From the NCBI GenBank assembly GCA_036676495.1, contig JAKFCT010000014.1:1-64000 (forward strand): a stretch of DNA of 64,000 nt, in the 5' to 3' direction. Position 1 is the stretch's first letter. Each line of letters begins with the position of its first letter. The notes beneath the pieces were generated by a model. The model saw only the letters and a list, made by a program, of their open reading frames with translations. It was not told the DNA's origin and did no database searches. A program made the position numbers and the translations under genes. Source of the DNA: Candidatus Sericytochromatia bacterium (lineage in GTDB: Bacteria > Cyanobacteriota > Sericytochromatia > S15B-MN24 > UBA4093). Positions 19,405 through 29,238 of this stretch are shown one piece after another.

Positions 19405-19737
19405 CGCGTCCTCCTTCGAACGTCGGAGTGCCATTAGGTACTAGATACCCTTGAACGGACAGGGAGTTTGCCGTTTACGCATCACTTAACGAACATTTCA
19501 CTGCAGGCAACCATGATTTACGACGGATTTAAAGTATGAGCGACATGGCTTCGGCATGGCAATTTCGCGGCGCATGACATCGCGCGCCTTGACTCCCGAG
19601 CGACGGGGGACAATCCGGGGGGCTTGTTGCCGGTGGGGGAAAAGAGTAGTATTTAACCAGGTTTTAATTCCGGCACAAGGGCGTGTTCTCGGGGAACCTG
19701 AGGGATTACCACCCCATGGGGAAAAAGGAGGCCAACC

Positions 19738-20733
19738 TTGGCAAACATCGCAAGCAACTTGACCGAACGCATCGGCCGCACTCCGCTCCTGGAGCTGACC
19801 AAGGTCACGCAAGGCTGTCATGGGCGCGTTGTGGCCAAGCTCGAATCGTATAACCCGGCGTCGAGCGTCAAGGATCGGATCGGCTGGAGCATGATTCAGG
19901 ACGCCGAGGAGCGCGGCCTGATCGTGCCCGGGAAGACGATCCTGGTGGAGCCCACGTCCGGCAATACCGGCATCGCGCTGGCCTTCGTGGCCGCCGCGCG
20001 GGGCTACCGGCTCATCCTCACGATGCCCGAGACCATGAGTCAGGAGCGTCGGAACATGTTGCGGGCCTACGGCGCCGAGCTGGTGCTCACGGAGGGACCG
20101 CTGGGGATGAAGGGGGCGATCGCCAAGGCCCAGGCCATCCTGGCCGAGACGCCAAACGCGCACATGCTCGGACAGTTCGATAACCCCGCCAACCCCAAGG
20201 CCCATCGCGAGACCACCGCGGTCGAAGTCTGGGAAGATACCGACGGCGCGGTGGATGTCCTCGTTTCCGGAGTCGGTACGGGAGGCACCCTCACGGGCGT
20301 TTACCAGGCGCTGCACCCGAAGAAGCCCGCGATGCGCTTCGTGGCGGTCGAGCCCACCGAGAGCCCGGTGCTTTCCGGCGGGCAGCCCAGCCCCCACAAG
20401 ATCCAGGGCATCGGGGCGGGCTTCGTGCCCAGCCTCTTCGACCCGACGCTGCTCGCCGGCCTGCGGGACGGCTCCCTGGGCGAAATCGCCCAGGTCAGCA
20501 GTCAGGAGGCGATGGCGATGACGCGCCGCCTGGCCACGGAGGAAGGCGTCCTGGTGGGGATCTCGTCGGGAGCGGCGGTTGAGGCCGCCGTTCGGATCGC
20601 CTGCCGCCCTGAGTCCGCCGGCAAGCTCATCGTGGTGGTGCTGCCGGATTTCGGCGAGCGCTACCTGAGTACTCCGGCCTTCAGCGAGCAGGCGGCGCCC
20701 GAAGCGGGGCAAGCCGCTCCGACCGCGCTCTAA
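19738..20733 (+). CDS. cysK: Cysteine synthase A
   Basis: [46 protein letters not shown]; TTG start after AAGGAGG. Confidence 0.97.
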   Translation: MANIASNLTERIGRTPLLELTKVTQGCHGRVVAKLESYNPASSVKDRIGWSMIQDAEERGLIVPGKTILVEPTSGNTGIALAFVAAARGYRLILTMPETMSQERRNMLRAYGAELVLTEGPLGMKGAIAKAQAILAETPNAHMLGQFDNPANPKAHRETTAVEVWEDTDGAVDVLVSGVGTGGTLTGVYQALHPKKPAMRFVAVEPTESPVLSGGQPSPHKIQGIGAGFVPSLFDPTLLAGLRDGSLGEIAQVSSQEAMAMTRRLATEEGVLVGISSGAAVEAAVRIACRPESAGKLIVVVLPDFGERYLSTPAFSEQAAPEAGQAAPTAL

Positions 20734-20743
20734 AGAGGTTCCC

Positions 20744-21442
20744 GTGTTCCGTTCCATCCGGGAAAGCCTCGACGTCGTCTTCGAGAAGGATCCCGCCGCC
20801 AAGAGCCGGCTGGAAGTCCTGCTCTGTTACCCCTCGCTGCATGCGATGGCTTTCCACCGGTTGGCGCATCGCATGTATCGCGGGGGCATTCCGCTCTTGC
20901 CGCGCTTGATTTCCCAGTTCTCGCGCTTCGTGACGGGTATCGAGATCCATCCCGGTGCCACCATCGGCCGCCGCTTCTTCATCGACCACGGCATGGGAGT
21001 CGTGATCGGCGAGACGGCCGTGGTGGGCGACGACGTCATGCTCTATCACCAGGTGACGCTGGGGGGCACCGGCAAGGATACCGGGAAGCGCCACCCGACC
21101 CTGGAGGACGGGGTGGTGGTGGGAGCGGGGGCCAAGATCCTCGGCAACATCACCGTCGGAGCCCACGCCCGGATCGGGGCGGGATCGGTGGTGCTGCGCG
21201 ACGTCCCCGCGCAGGCGACCGTGGTGGGCATTCCCGGCCGGGTGATCCCCGTCAAGGGGGCCGAGGAGGCACGCGACGGGCAGAAGCTTCAGGACCCGGA
21301 AGCCGAGGCGATCAAGGCCTTGCTCGAGCGGGTCTACCGCCTCGAGGAGGCCCTCCAGCGTCCCCAGGGGCCCAGGCCTGCCGACGGCGGCCATGTCCCA
21401 TTGCCGGAGGTCGAGGACTTCATCCACGGGGCTGGCATCTAA
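20744..21442 (+). CDS. cysE: Serine O-acetyltransferase
   Basis: [32 protein letters not shown]; C-terminal GAGI. Confidence 0.97.
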   Translation: MFRSIRESLDVVFEKDPAAKSRLEVLLCYPSLHAMAFHRLAHRMYRGGIPLLPRLISQFSRFVTGIEIHPGATIGRRFFIDHGMGVVIGETAVVGDDVMLYHQVTLGGTGKDTGKRHPTLEDGVVVGAGAKILGNITVGAHARIGAGSVVLRDVPAQATVVGIPGRVIPVKGAEEARDGQKLQDPEAEAIKALLERVYRLEEALQRPQGPRPADGGHVPLPEVEDFIHGAGI

Positions 21443-21479
21443 AGCGAAAAACGTTGCGACAGGTATCTCGCCGGGGCGC

Positions 21480-22583
21480 TTAGACGCTCGTCGCCAGGTC
21501 GAAGCGGGCCGCGCCCGTCTCTTGCATGCGCTGTTCCACGATCTCCACGAACATACCGATGAGATCCGGATCCCACTGCGTCCCACGGTACTCCGTGAGG
21601 ATCTCGAGGCTCTGGGGCACGGGCATGGCGGGGCGATAGCAGCGGGTGGTGGTCATGGCGTCGAAGGCGTCGGCGATGGAGACGATGCGCGCCATCAGGG
21701 ACGGTTCGTCCCGGAAGAGCCCGTCCGGGTAGCCTCGGCCGTCCCAGCGCTCGTGATGGTGGCGAATCATCGGAATCAACGGATCGGAGGCCGGCAAGGC
21801 CTGGAGCAGTTGTGAGCCGATCTCGGGGTGCAGCTTCATGTGCGCGTACTCGGCGTCCGTCAACGCGCCTTCCTTGAAGAGCACGGCGTCATGGATGCCG
21901 ATCTTGCCCACGTCGTGGAGGAATCCCCCTTTGAAGAGGGTGCTGAGGTCCGGGGCGGGTAGCCCCGCGCGGCGCCCCAGGGCGAAGGCGTATTCGGCCA
22001 CTCGCCCGCCATGGCCTTCGGTGTAGGGGTCCTTGGCTTCGATCGCACGGGCCAAGGAGAAGACGAAATCGTCTCCCGGGCTGAAGTCTCGGCTCTGGAG
22101 GGTCTGGCGGATCGAGCTGGAGACCAGTGCGGCCAGCACGCTGAGGAGGGGGAGGTCGTCGCGGCGGTACGGGCTGTCCGTATGCGAGACGAAGATCAGG
22201 GATCCGAAGGTCTCTCCTTGCTCTCCAATCAGGGGCAAGGCCAGGACGCCTTGGGCGTCGTCGATGCCGAGGCGCGGGGACCGGATGGTGAGCGCGGGGG
22301 CCGTGAGGCTATCCAAGACGAGCCGTTCGCCGGTGCGGATCACCCATCCCGGGAGGCCGTGTTGCAAGGGAATGGCGGCGTCGACGAGGTGCGGCGGGCG
22401 GCCGTGGGGGGCACCGCGCCACATGGCGTAGGTCTCGCCCTCTGGATCACCCAGGGAAAGCAAGCAAGCGTCGAAGGAAACGAGCCCATTCGCCTGCTGG
22501 ACGAGCGTTCCGAGGAACGCGTCCATGTCGCGGGCCGTCGCCAGCGCCGCGGAGATCTCCATCAGAACCGAGAGCTGCTTCAT
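21480..22583 (-). CDS. GAF + HD-GYP cyclic dinucleotide phosphodiesterase
   Basis: EAKDPYTEGH, HDVGKI, HHERWDGRGYP, ADAFDAM all intact; N-terminal GAF-like region. Confidence 0.92.
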   Translation of the reverse strand: MKQLSVLMEISAALATARDMDAFLGTLVQQANGLVSFDACLLSLGDPEGETYAMWRGAPHGRPPHLVDAAIPLQHGLPGWVIRTGERLVLDSLTAPALTIRSPRLGIDDAQGVLALPLIGEQGETFGSLIFVSHTDSPYRRDDLPLLSVLAALVSSSIRQTLQSRDFSPGDDFVFSLARAIEAKDPYTEGHGGRVAEYAFALGRRAGLPAPDLSTLFKGGFLHDVGKIGIHDAVLFKEGALTDAEYAHMKLHPEIGSQLLQALPASDPLIPMIRHHHERWDGRGYPDGLFRDEPSLMARIVSIADAFDAMTTTRCYRPAMPVPQSLEILTEYRGTQWDPDLIGMFVEIVEQRMQETGAARFDLATSV

Positions 22584-22767
22584 GGGCCCCTCCCTCCAGA
22601 AGCCTCGCTAGGCTATTCAATTCTATTCCCAAGCACCGAGTTTGCGTATCCCCTCGCAGGTCACGATTTGTGAAACCCGCGTTGCCTCTGGATTAAGGAA
22701 CGGCCAGGGACGCGCCGCCTCGCGGGAACCTTCCCAAAAATACGTAGTCAAGAGACCTAAGGCTCCG

Positions 22768-22796
22768 TTTACAATCGCTTGCTCGTCCCGTACGAT
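22768..22796 (+). promoter_or_regulatory. Sigma70-type promoter of the SLH gene
   Basis: TTTACA-N17-TACGAT. Confidence 0.7.
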
Positions 22797-22851
22797 GGAA
22801 ACGGTTGAGACTCCTGAGTTCGACAGCAATCCCCATAAGGAGAATGCAGCT

Positions 22852-24105
22852 TTGAAGCCCCTTTTCACCCTGAGCCTCGTCCTTGCATCTACCGTCACCC
22901 TTTCGGCCCCCGCCTGGGCCAGCCTCGCGTCGGAAACGTTCACGGACGTTCCGGATGGTCACTGGGCCCAGGAGGGCGTCGCCGAGCTCGCCATCAAGCG
23001 CGACATGATGCGGGGCTACCCGGATGGGACCTTCCGCGGGGAGCTGCCGTTCACGCGCTTCCAGTTCGCCCTGGCCATGAAGGAGCTGATCGACGAGCTC
23101 GAGCGGATCTCCAAGACCAGCCTGCGCTCGGACACCCCCTGCCTCAACAGCTACGCCGACATCAACACGGCGGTGGAGCGGGACGTCGTCCTCGAAATGG
23201 CCAACGCCTACTGCCTCTTTGAGGGAGTTCCGGGCATTCAGGCCAATCGCTTCAACCCCAACACGCAAATCTCGCGCTCCGAAGTTTCCAAGGTGATCGC
23301 CAACCTCATGCAGCTGGCGGACAAGAAGGATATCGTTCGCCCCCGCCAGGGCCAGACCTACTCCTTCTCGGATGTTTCCAGCAAGAACTGGGCCTATGAG
23401 GCGATCCGGACGGTGTCGGATCAGTACGGAGTCATGATTGGCTTCCCCGACAACACCTTCCGCCCGGATGATCAGCTGACGCGCTATCAGTTCGCGCAGG
23501 CCGGCTATCAGACGGTGCCTCTGATCCGTCAGCTGGTTGCCAAGACCCTGGAGGAGAAGACGACCGAGCGTGCCTTGGAGCTCTCGCGGCTCTGGCAGCA
23601 GCGCACCCCCTGGCATGTCGATGCCCGACTGGGTGCGCTGGGCGGCGGCCTGCGCTGGATCGGCTATCCCAACTCCTTCGTGATGGCCGACATCCGTGGG
23701 ATCTTCAACAATCCCAACCCCCTCTTCGACGCCCAGTTCGGCTGGTGGCCCACCACTTACATGGTCGGCCAGGTCCATCTCCAGCCCTACCTCGCGCCTC
23801 GCCTGGCCTACGAATCGGTGGCAGGCCCCTACCTCGGCCTCGGCCTGGGACTCGCGTCCTACTGGCGTCCCAACATGGAGTGGGGCTTTGCCCTCAACCT
23901 CCGCAGCGGTTACACCCTGCAGCCGCAGGCGGGTGGCCTCGGGCAGGGAGGCTCCGGCTTCCTCCTCGATACGGCCGACCTCGAAGCCGAGTACTACCTC
24001 AACCCGACCTTCGCGATCGTCCCCGGCGTGAGCCTCTACCAGGATCCGCGCAGCACGGGAGCGCTCGACGTCGCCGTCAAGCTCGGCCTTCACCTGCCGT
24101 TCTAA
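22852..24105 (+). CDS. S-layer homology (3xSLH) protein with C-terminal outer-membrane beta-barrel
   Basis: Signal peptide ending AWA; FTDVPDGHWA..GYPDGTF..TRFQFA and two more SLH repeats; alternating beta strands ending in Phe; TTG start after AAGGAG. Confidence 0.85.
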   Translation: MKPLFTLSLVLASTVTLSAPAWASLASETFTDVPDGHWAQEGVAELAIKRDMMRGYPDGTFRGELPFTRFQFALAMKELIDELERISKTSLRSDTPCLNSYADINTAVERDVVLEMANAYCLFEGVPGIQANRFNPNTQISRSEVSKVIANLMQLADKKDIVRPRQGQTYSFSDVSSKNWAYEAIRTVSDQYGVMIGFPDNTFRPDDQLTRYQFAQAGYQTVPLIRQLVAKTLEEKTTERALELSRLWQQRTPWHVDARLGALGGGLRWIGYPNSFVMADIRGIFNNPNPLFDAQFGWWPTTYMVGQVHLQPYLAPRLAYESVAGPYLGLGLGLASYWRPNMEWGFALNLRSGYTLQPQAGGLGQGGSGFLLDTADLEAEYYLNPTFAIVPGVSLYQDPRSTGALDVAVKLGLHLPF

Positions 24106-24127
24106 CCGACACCCCCCCCGGTACGAT

Positions 24128-24164
24128 CGATGTCCCTCCTGTGAAGGAGGGACGTCGGCGTTTT
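24128..24164 (+). terminator. Intrinsic terminator of the SLH gene
   Basis: CGATGTCCCTCCT-GTGA-AGGAGGGACGTCG then GCGTTTT. Confidence 0.7.
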
Positions 24165-24174
24165 GCGGCTTCGC

Positions 24175-25425
24175 TTAGCGTTTGGCGGGCTGGCCATGCT
24201 TCAGACGCTGGAACAAGAGTTCGAGCGCCCGCTGGGAGGCGAAGTGCTTGACCTTCTCCCGAGGGTGGCCACCGAAGCGGAAGGATCCGATCTCGGTCCC
24301 ATCGGGACCGGCCAATGCCACGTAGGCATGCCCGACCTCGGCGTCCGGCGTGTTGGGCCCGGCTCCGGCATACCCCGTGACCCCGAGGCCCCAATCGGCG
24401 CCCGTGAGCTTTCGGATGGCCTCGGCGATCGCCCGCGTGACCTCCGGGCTGACGTGCCCGTGGCGTTCGACGAAGTCCAGGGGGATGCCCAGCGCGCGAA
24501 CCTTCTCGGCGACCTGGTAACAGACCGAGCCGCCGACGAAATAATCCGAGGAGCCCTGGATATCCGTGATCCGGCTCGCGAGCAAGCCGGCGGTCATCGA
24601 TTCGGCCGTCGCCAGGGACTCTCCACGGTCGCGCAGCAGCTGCCCGACCACGGCCGGCAGGGTCTCGTCCTCGGAGCCGAAATAAAACGCCCCCAGGCGG
24701 TTCAGGACCTCAGCCACCACCGGTTCGAGCATGGCTTCGGCCTCGGCTTCGCTATCCGCCTTGGCCGTCACCCGAAGGTGGACCTCGCCGCTGCCCGCAT
24801 ACGGGGCGACCGTGGGGTTCGCGCCGGCTTCGAGGTCGCTGACGCGTTCGGCGGCGTCGGCCTCGGTGATGCCCACGAACTTCAGCAGCCGGGAGCGAAT
24901 GGTGGATCCATTCAGGCCGGCGAGGTAGGCGCGGGCCCAGGACTCCCACATCTGCGTGAGCTCGTAGGGGACTCCGGGGAAGGTCATGAGGCGCTTGTCG
25001 CCGCGCACGACGAGGACTCCCGAGGCGGTCCCCGCCGGGTTGGGGATCAACTCGGCGGAGGCCGGGAAGCAAGCGAGCTTCTTCTCGGATTCGGTGAGGC
25101 GGCGGCCCTTTTCGGCGAAGGACTTCTCGACCCGGGCGTAGACGTCCGGGTCGAGGACCATGGCGTCTCCGACGAACTGCGCCACCATCTCATGGGTGAG
25201 GTCGTCCGCGGTGGGTCCGAGGCCGCCCGTGCAAATCACCAGATCCGAGCGCTCCCAGGCGAGCGTCAAAGCCGCCTGGATGCGGTCGGGGTTGTCGCCG
25301 ACCGTCGTGACGAAGTAGAGGTCGATGCCGAGCATCGCGAGTTCTCGCGCCAGGTAGGTCGCATTGGTGTTCACGACCTGGCCGATCAGCAACTCGGTCC
25401 CGATGGTCAGGATCTCGGCGCGCAT
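24175..25425 (-). CDS. cinA: Competence/damage-inducible protein CinA (NMN deamidase fusion)
   Basis: IGTELLIGQVVNTNA, TGGLGPTADDLT, AESMTAG, GVTGYAG. Confidence 0.94.
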   Translation of the reverse strand: MRAEILTIGTELLIGQVVNTNATYLARELAMLGIDLYFVTTVGDNPDRIQAALTLAWERSDLVICTGGLGPTADDLTHEMVAQFVGDAMVLDPDVYARVEKSFAEKGRRLTESEKKLACFPASAELIPNPAGTASGVLVVRGDKRLMTFPGVPYELTQMWESWARAYLAGLNGSTIRSRLLKFVGITEADAAERVSDLEAGANPTVAPYAGSGEVHLRVTAKADSEAEAEAMLEPVVAEVLNRLGAFYFGSEDETLPAVVGQLLRDRGESLATAESMTAGLLASRITDIQGSSDYFVGGSVCYQVAEKVRALGIPLDFVERHGHVSPEVTRAIAEAIRKLTGADWGLGVTGYAGAGPNTPDAEVGHAYVALAGPDGTEIGSFRFGGHPREKVKHFASQRALELLFQRLKHGQPAKR

Positions 25426-25426
25426 G

Positions 25427-26074
25427 CTAGTAGGTTCCGAAGGTGCGATCGCCCGCGTCCCCGAGGCCGGGAACGATGTACCCCTTCTCGTTGAGGCACT
25501 CGTCCACGCTGACGGTCAGGACGGGGACGTCCGGATGCTCCTCGTGAACGCGCTGGACGCCCTCGGGAGAGGCGATCAGGCAGAGGAACTTGATCTTGGT
25601 CACGCCGCGCCGCTTGAAGAGGTCGATGGTCGCCACGGCGGAGCCGCCGGTGGCCAGCATCGGGTCGATGATGAGCACGGTGGTCTCGGGCGGGTAGGTA
25701 TCCGGAAGCTTGACGTAGTACTCGACCGGGGTGAGCGAGCTCTCGTTGCGGTAGAGGCCGATGTGGCGGACTTCGGCTTCCGGCAGCAGCTCCATGGCGG
25801 ATTCGACCATGGCGAGGCCGGCCCGGAGGATCGGGGCCAGGACGATGGGGCGATCGCCGAGCGTGCGGCCCTTCGCGATGCCGAGGACGGTCTCGACGTC
25901 CACCGGATCGGTTTCCAGGTCGCGGGTCGCTTCCAGGATCAGGAACTTGGCGAGCTCGCGGGCGCGATGCCGGAAGCGGCTGGTCGGCGTATGGCGATCG
26001 CGCAAATCGGCGAGGGCATGGTGCACGAGCGGATGGTCGAGAATCACGGTCTTGGGGGTGGTCACTTGGGACAT
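25427..26074 (-). CDS. upp: Uracil phosphoribosyltransferase
   Basis: PILRAG, IGLYR, DPMLATGGS, YIVPGLGDAGDR; ATG 26074 after AAGGAG. Confidence 0.97.
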   Translation of the reverse strand: MSQVTTPKTVILDHPLVHHALADLRDRHTPTSRFRHRARELAKFLILEATRDLETDPVDVETVLGIAKGRTLGDRPIVLAPILRAGLAMVESAMELLPEAEVRHIGLYRNESSLTPVEYYVKLPDTYPPETTVLIIDPMLATGGSAVATIDLFKRRGVTKIKFLCLIASPEGVQRVHEEHPDVPVLTVSVDECLNEKGYIVPGLGDAGDRTFGTY

Positions 26075-26085
26075 GAGGGTGCTCC

Positions 26086-26616
26086 TTACACCGTGGGGGT
26101 TTTCCAGATGCTGCGGGTCTGCCAGAGGTACTCGAGACCCGAGCCGATGGTGAAGACGATGGCGGCCCACCAGAGGCCCTGCGCGACGGGCATCATGGAG
26201 GGGAGGGCGTCGCTGGCCAGCAAGAGGAGGATGGCGACCATCTGGGTGACGGTCTTGAGCTTGCCCCAAATGCTGGCGGAAAGCACGACCCCGGCGTTGA
26301 TGGCCGCGGCTCGCAGGCCGGTGATCAGGAACTCGCGGCTCAGGACGACGGTCACGGTCCACGCCGGAATGACGCCCTGGTAGGTGAGACCTGCCAGGGC
26401 GCTGGTGACGAGGATCTTATCGACGAGGGGATCCAGCAAGGCTCCCAGCGCGGTGGTCTGGTTCAGCTTGCGGGCGAGGTAACCATCGACCCAGTCGGTC
26501 CCGGAGGCGAACGCGAAGAGCCCGAGTGCCCACATGGCGTGTCCTCCCTCGAGCGCGATCGCCAAGGGCACGATCAGGGCGAGTCGGGCGAGGGTGATCG
26601 CGTTGGGCAGGTTCAT
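26086..26616 (-). CDS. pgsA: CDP-diacylglycerol--glycerol-3-phosphate 3-phosphatidyltransferase
   Basis: MNLPNAITLAR, DWVDGYLAR..G..LDPLVDK, GKLKT. Confidence 0.95.
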   Translation of the reverse strand: MNLPNAITLARLALIVPLAIALEGGHAMWALGLFAFASGTDWVDGYLARKLNQTTALGALLDPLVDKILVTSALAGLTYQGVIPAWTVTVVLSREFLITGLRAAAINAGVVLSASIWGKLKTVTQMVAILLLLASDALPSMMPVAQGLWWAAIVFTIGSGLEYLWQTRSIWKTPTV

Positions 26617-27935
26617 GGGGCGACGACTTCTCCGTGCAGGTCGTAGGCCTCGGCCTTGGTGATGCGGATGGGGACGACTTCCCCGGCGAAGACCGGCCAT
26701 TCCGAGGTGGCGAAGGTGGTGCCGTCGATCTCGGGGGCGTCGCGATGGGTCCGGCCGACCAGGCGGCCGGTATCGGTTTCGACGCCTTCCACGAGCATGG
26801 GCAGGACCTTGCCGACGAGCCCTTCATGGAGGGCCAGCGTGACTGCTTGCTGCTCGCGCATGACGGCGTTGCGCCGGCGATCGCGCTCGCGCTTGAGGAC
26901 CACGGGCTTCATCTTGGCCCCTGGGGTGCCCTTCTGCGGCGAGTAGGAGAAGGCTCCGACGTGATCCATCTTGAGGGTCCGGACCATCTCCAGCATGTGC
27001 TCGTGATGCTCCTCGGTCTCGCCGGGGAAGCCGGTGATGAAGGTCGTGCGGATGACCAGGTTCGGATGGCGATCGCGCATGCGGTGGATGAGCTCGTCGA
27101 CGGGCTCGTGGCGCGGGCGGCGCATGGCCTTGAGCATATCGGGATGCGTGTGCTGCAAGGGCATGTCCAGGTAGGGGACGACCTTGGGCAAGCGCGCCAT
27201 GGTCGTGAGCAGCTCATCCGACATGTAGTTGGGGTAGGCGTAGAGGATGCGGATCCACTCGACGCCGGGGACTTCCTCGCTGAGGCGCTCGAGGAGGCGC
27301 GGCAACTGGAAGCCGCCGCCTTTTTCCTGACCGTAGCGGGTCGTATCCTCGGCAATCAGCACCAGCTCCTTGACGCCGCCCTCGGTGAGCATCTTGGCTT
27401 CCTCGATGATGGTGTCCATCGGGCGAGAGGCGTAGCGGCCGCGGAGCTGCGGGATGATGCAGAAGGTGCAGGCGTGGTCGCAGCCCTCGGAGATCTTGAG
27501 GTAGGCCGAAGGCCCGATGGTCGTCAGGAGGCGCGGCAGGATCACGGAGACCGGAGCCTGGGCTTTTTCCTGGACCATGGCGAAGCGCTCGCCATCCTGG
27601 ACGCGCCCCACGACGTCGACGATCTGGTGGAACTCGGAGGTGCCGATCACGGCGTCGACCTCGGGCAGCTCGGAGAGCAGATCGCCCTTGTGGCGCTGGA
27701 CCAGGCATCCCGTGACGATCAGCTTCTTGTCCAGCGTGCCGAGGTCCAGGATGGTGCGGATGGATTCCCGCTGGGCCTCGTCGATGAAGGAGCAGGTGTT
27801 CACCAGCAGGACGTCGGCCTCTTTCTCATCGGAGACCAGGTCGTAGCCGGACTGCGCGAGCAGCCCGAGCATGTTTTCGGTATCGACGGTGTTCTTGGAG
27901 CAGCCGAGGCTGACGATTCCGACCTTGGTGGACAC
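26613..27935 (-). CDS. rimO: Ribosomal protein S12 methylthiotransferase RimO
   Basis: SLGCSKN, NTCSFI, radical SAM CDHACTFC, DAPEIDG. Confidence 0.96.
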   Translation of the reverse strand: MSTKVGIVSLGCSKNTVDTENMLGLLAQSGYDLVSDEKEADVLLVNTCSFIDEAQRESIRTILDLGTLDKKLIVTGCLVQRHKGDLLSELPEVDAVIGTSEFHQIVDVVGRVQDGERFAMVQEKAQAPVSVILPRLLTTIGPSAYLKISEGCDHACTFCIIPQLRGRYASRPMDTIIEEAKMLTEGGVKELVLIAEDTTRYGQEKGGGFQLPRLLERLSEEVPGVEWIRILYAYPNYMSDELLTTMARLPKVVPYLDMPLQHTHPDMLKAMRRPRHEPVDELIHRMRDRHPNLVIRTTFITGFPGETEEHHEHMLEMVRTLKMDHVGAFSYSPQKGTPGAKMKPVVLKRERDRRRNAVMREQQAVTLALHEGLVGKVLPMLVEGVETDTGRLVGRTHRDAPEIDGTTFATSEWPVFAGEVVPIRITKAEAYDLHGEVVAP

Positions 27936-27954
27936 AGGATGCCTTTCTAACGTG

Positions 27955-29076
27955 CTACTGGACTCCGCGGCCGAGGACGATGTCCTCGGGGGCGCCCGCC
28001 TGCCCCTGGGTGTAGGAGTAGTTGATCAGGCGCGGGCCGATGGGCATGTCGATGCCAGAGATGTTCGGGAAGACGACCACCTCGTTGGAGCCGAAGAGGG
28101 CGACCCAGAGCTCGGTGCCTTGGCTATTGAGCGCGAGCGCCTGGGGTTGGCGAAGCTGACTGCCCGTGCCAACAGGTACGACGCCGCTGACCCGGCCCGC
28201 CGTGTTGCTGTTGAGGTCGACCGGGATGACCTGGCCCTTATCGCTGAGGGAGACGTAGGCGACGGGGGCGGTGATGCTGGAGTTGACCACCACGTCCCAG
28301 CTGCCGGAAACGCCGAGTTCGATGGCTTGGCCCGGCTTGCCGGTGGCCAGGTCGATGGTCCAGAGCTTGCTCGACCCGCGATCCGTCACGAGCAGGCGAT
28401 CACCCTTGGGGGTCACCGCGGCCTTCCAGAGCTTGACCGCCCCGGTGAGCTTGATGGGCGTGCCGATGCTGCGATCCTTCAAGACCACCACCGTGCCCTC
28501 GGGCGTGCTGGTATTGCCGCTGTTGCCCTCGGAGACCACGTACGCTTCGTTCGCGTTGGCCACCTTGGAGGTGATGGGGTGCGTGGCGATGCCGCGCGGC
28601 TTGAAGTTGGGGTAGGTCTGCTCGTCGAAGGTGAAGGAGTGGATTCGCGAGCGCGCCTCGACATCGATCTGCGCCACCGTCCGGTCACCGGTGTTGGTGA
28701 CGTAGAGGAACTGCCCGTTGGGGGTCACGCTCACGTCCCACGGATTCGCTCCCGAGGGAACGGGCTTCTCGAGCTGGCGCGTGCGCACGTTGAGGAAGGA
28801 GACGGTGTTCGTCGAGTGGTTAGCGACGTACAGGTACTCGCGATCGGATCGCGGATTGATCGCCATGTTGGCGGGGGCCGAACCGGCAGGAATCGGCTCG
28901 CCTGCAGGCGCGCGTTGCGTCAGGCTGACGACCGCGACTTGATCCAGGGACTGCATGCTGATGTAGGCCAGCAAGGTCGCGGGAGTCCCTTCGACCGCTC
29001 CGCCGAAGAAAGAACAACCTGCTAAGCTAACGGCCAGTGGCAATGTCGCCCATTTGAGGGTGTTAAACACTCGCAT
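27955..29076 (-). CDS. YncE-like beta-propeller lipoprotein
   Basis: Lipobox LAGC; YVAN/YVTN repeats. Confidence 0.82.
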   Translation of the reverse strand: MRVFNTLKWATLPLAVSLAGCSFFGGAVEGTPATLLAYISMQSLDQVAVVSLTQRAPAGEPIPAGSAPANMAINPRSDREYLYVANHSTNTVSFLNVRTRQLEKPVPSGANPWDVSVTPNGQFLYVTNTGDRTVAQIDVEARSRIHSFTFDEQTYPNFKPRGIATHPITSKVANANEAYVVSEGNSGNTSTPEGTVVVLKDRSIGTPIKLTGAVKLWKAAVTPKGDRLLVTDRGSSKLWTIDLATGKPGQAIELGVSGSWDVVVNSSITAPVAYVSLSDKGQVIPVDLNSNTAGRVSGVVPVGTGSQLRQPQALALNSQGTELWVALFGSNEVVVFPNISGIDMPIGPRLINYSYTQGQAGAPEDIVLGRGVQ

Positions 29077-29238
29077 CCGCTGGAACTCCTCCTGTCTCGT
29101 CTCCGGCTATCATACCAGAGTCCCATCTCCTCCGGTAGTCCGGCTGTGATCCCGGCACGCGGGGGTGGCGCCAGCGGCTGTTGCGGAGCGCCTGCGGCTT
29201 GGCTTGGGAAGGCGTAGCTGTCCTGCAGCAACGACAGG

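Noticed and set aside
19405-19737. Possible riboswitch (c-di-GMP-like GGCAAAC on the minus strand; SAM/T-box before cysK)
   Set aside because: Remaining conserved elements and pairings were not found by eye; a covariance-model search would be needed
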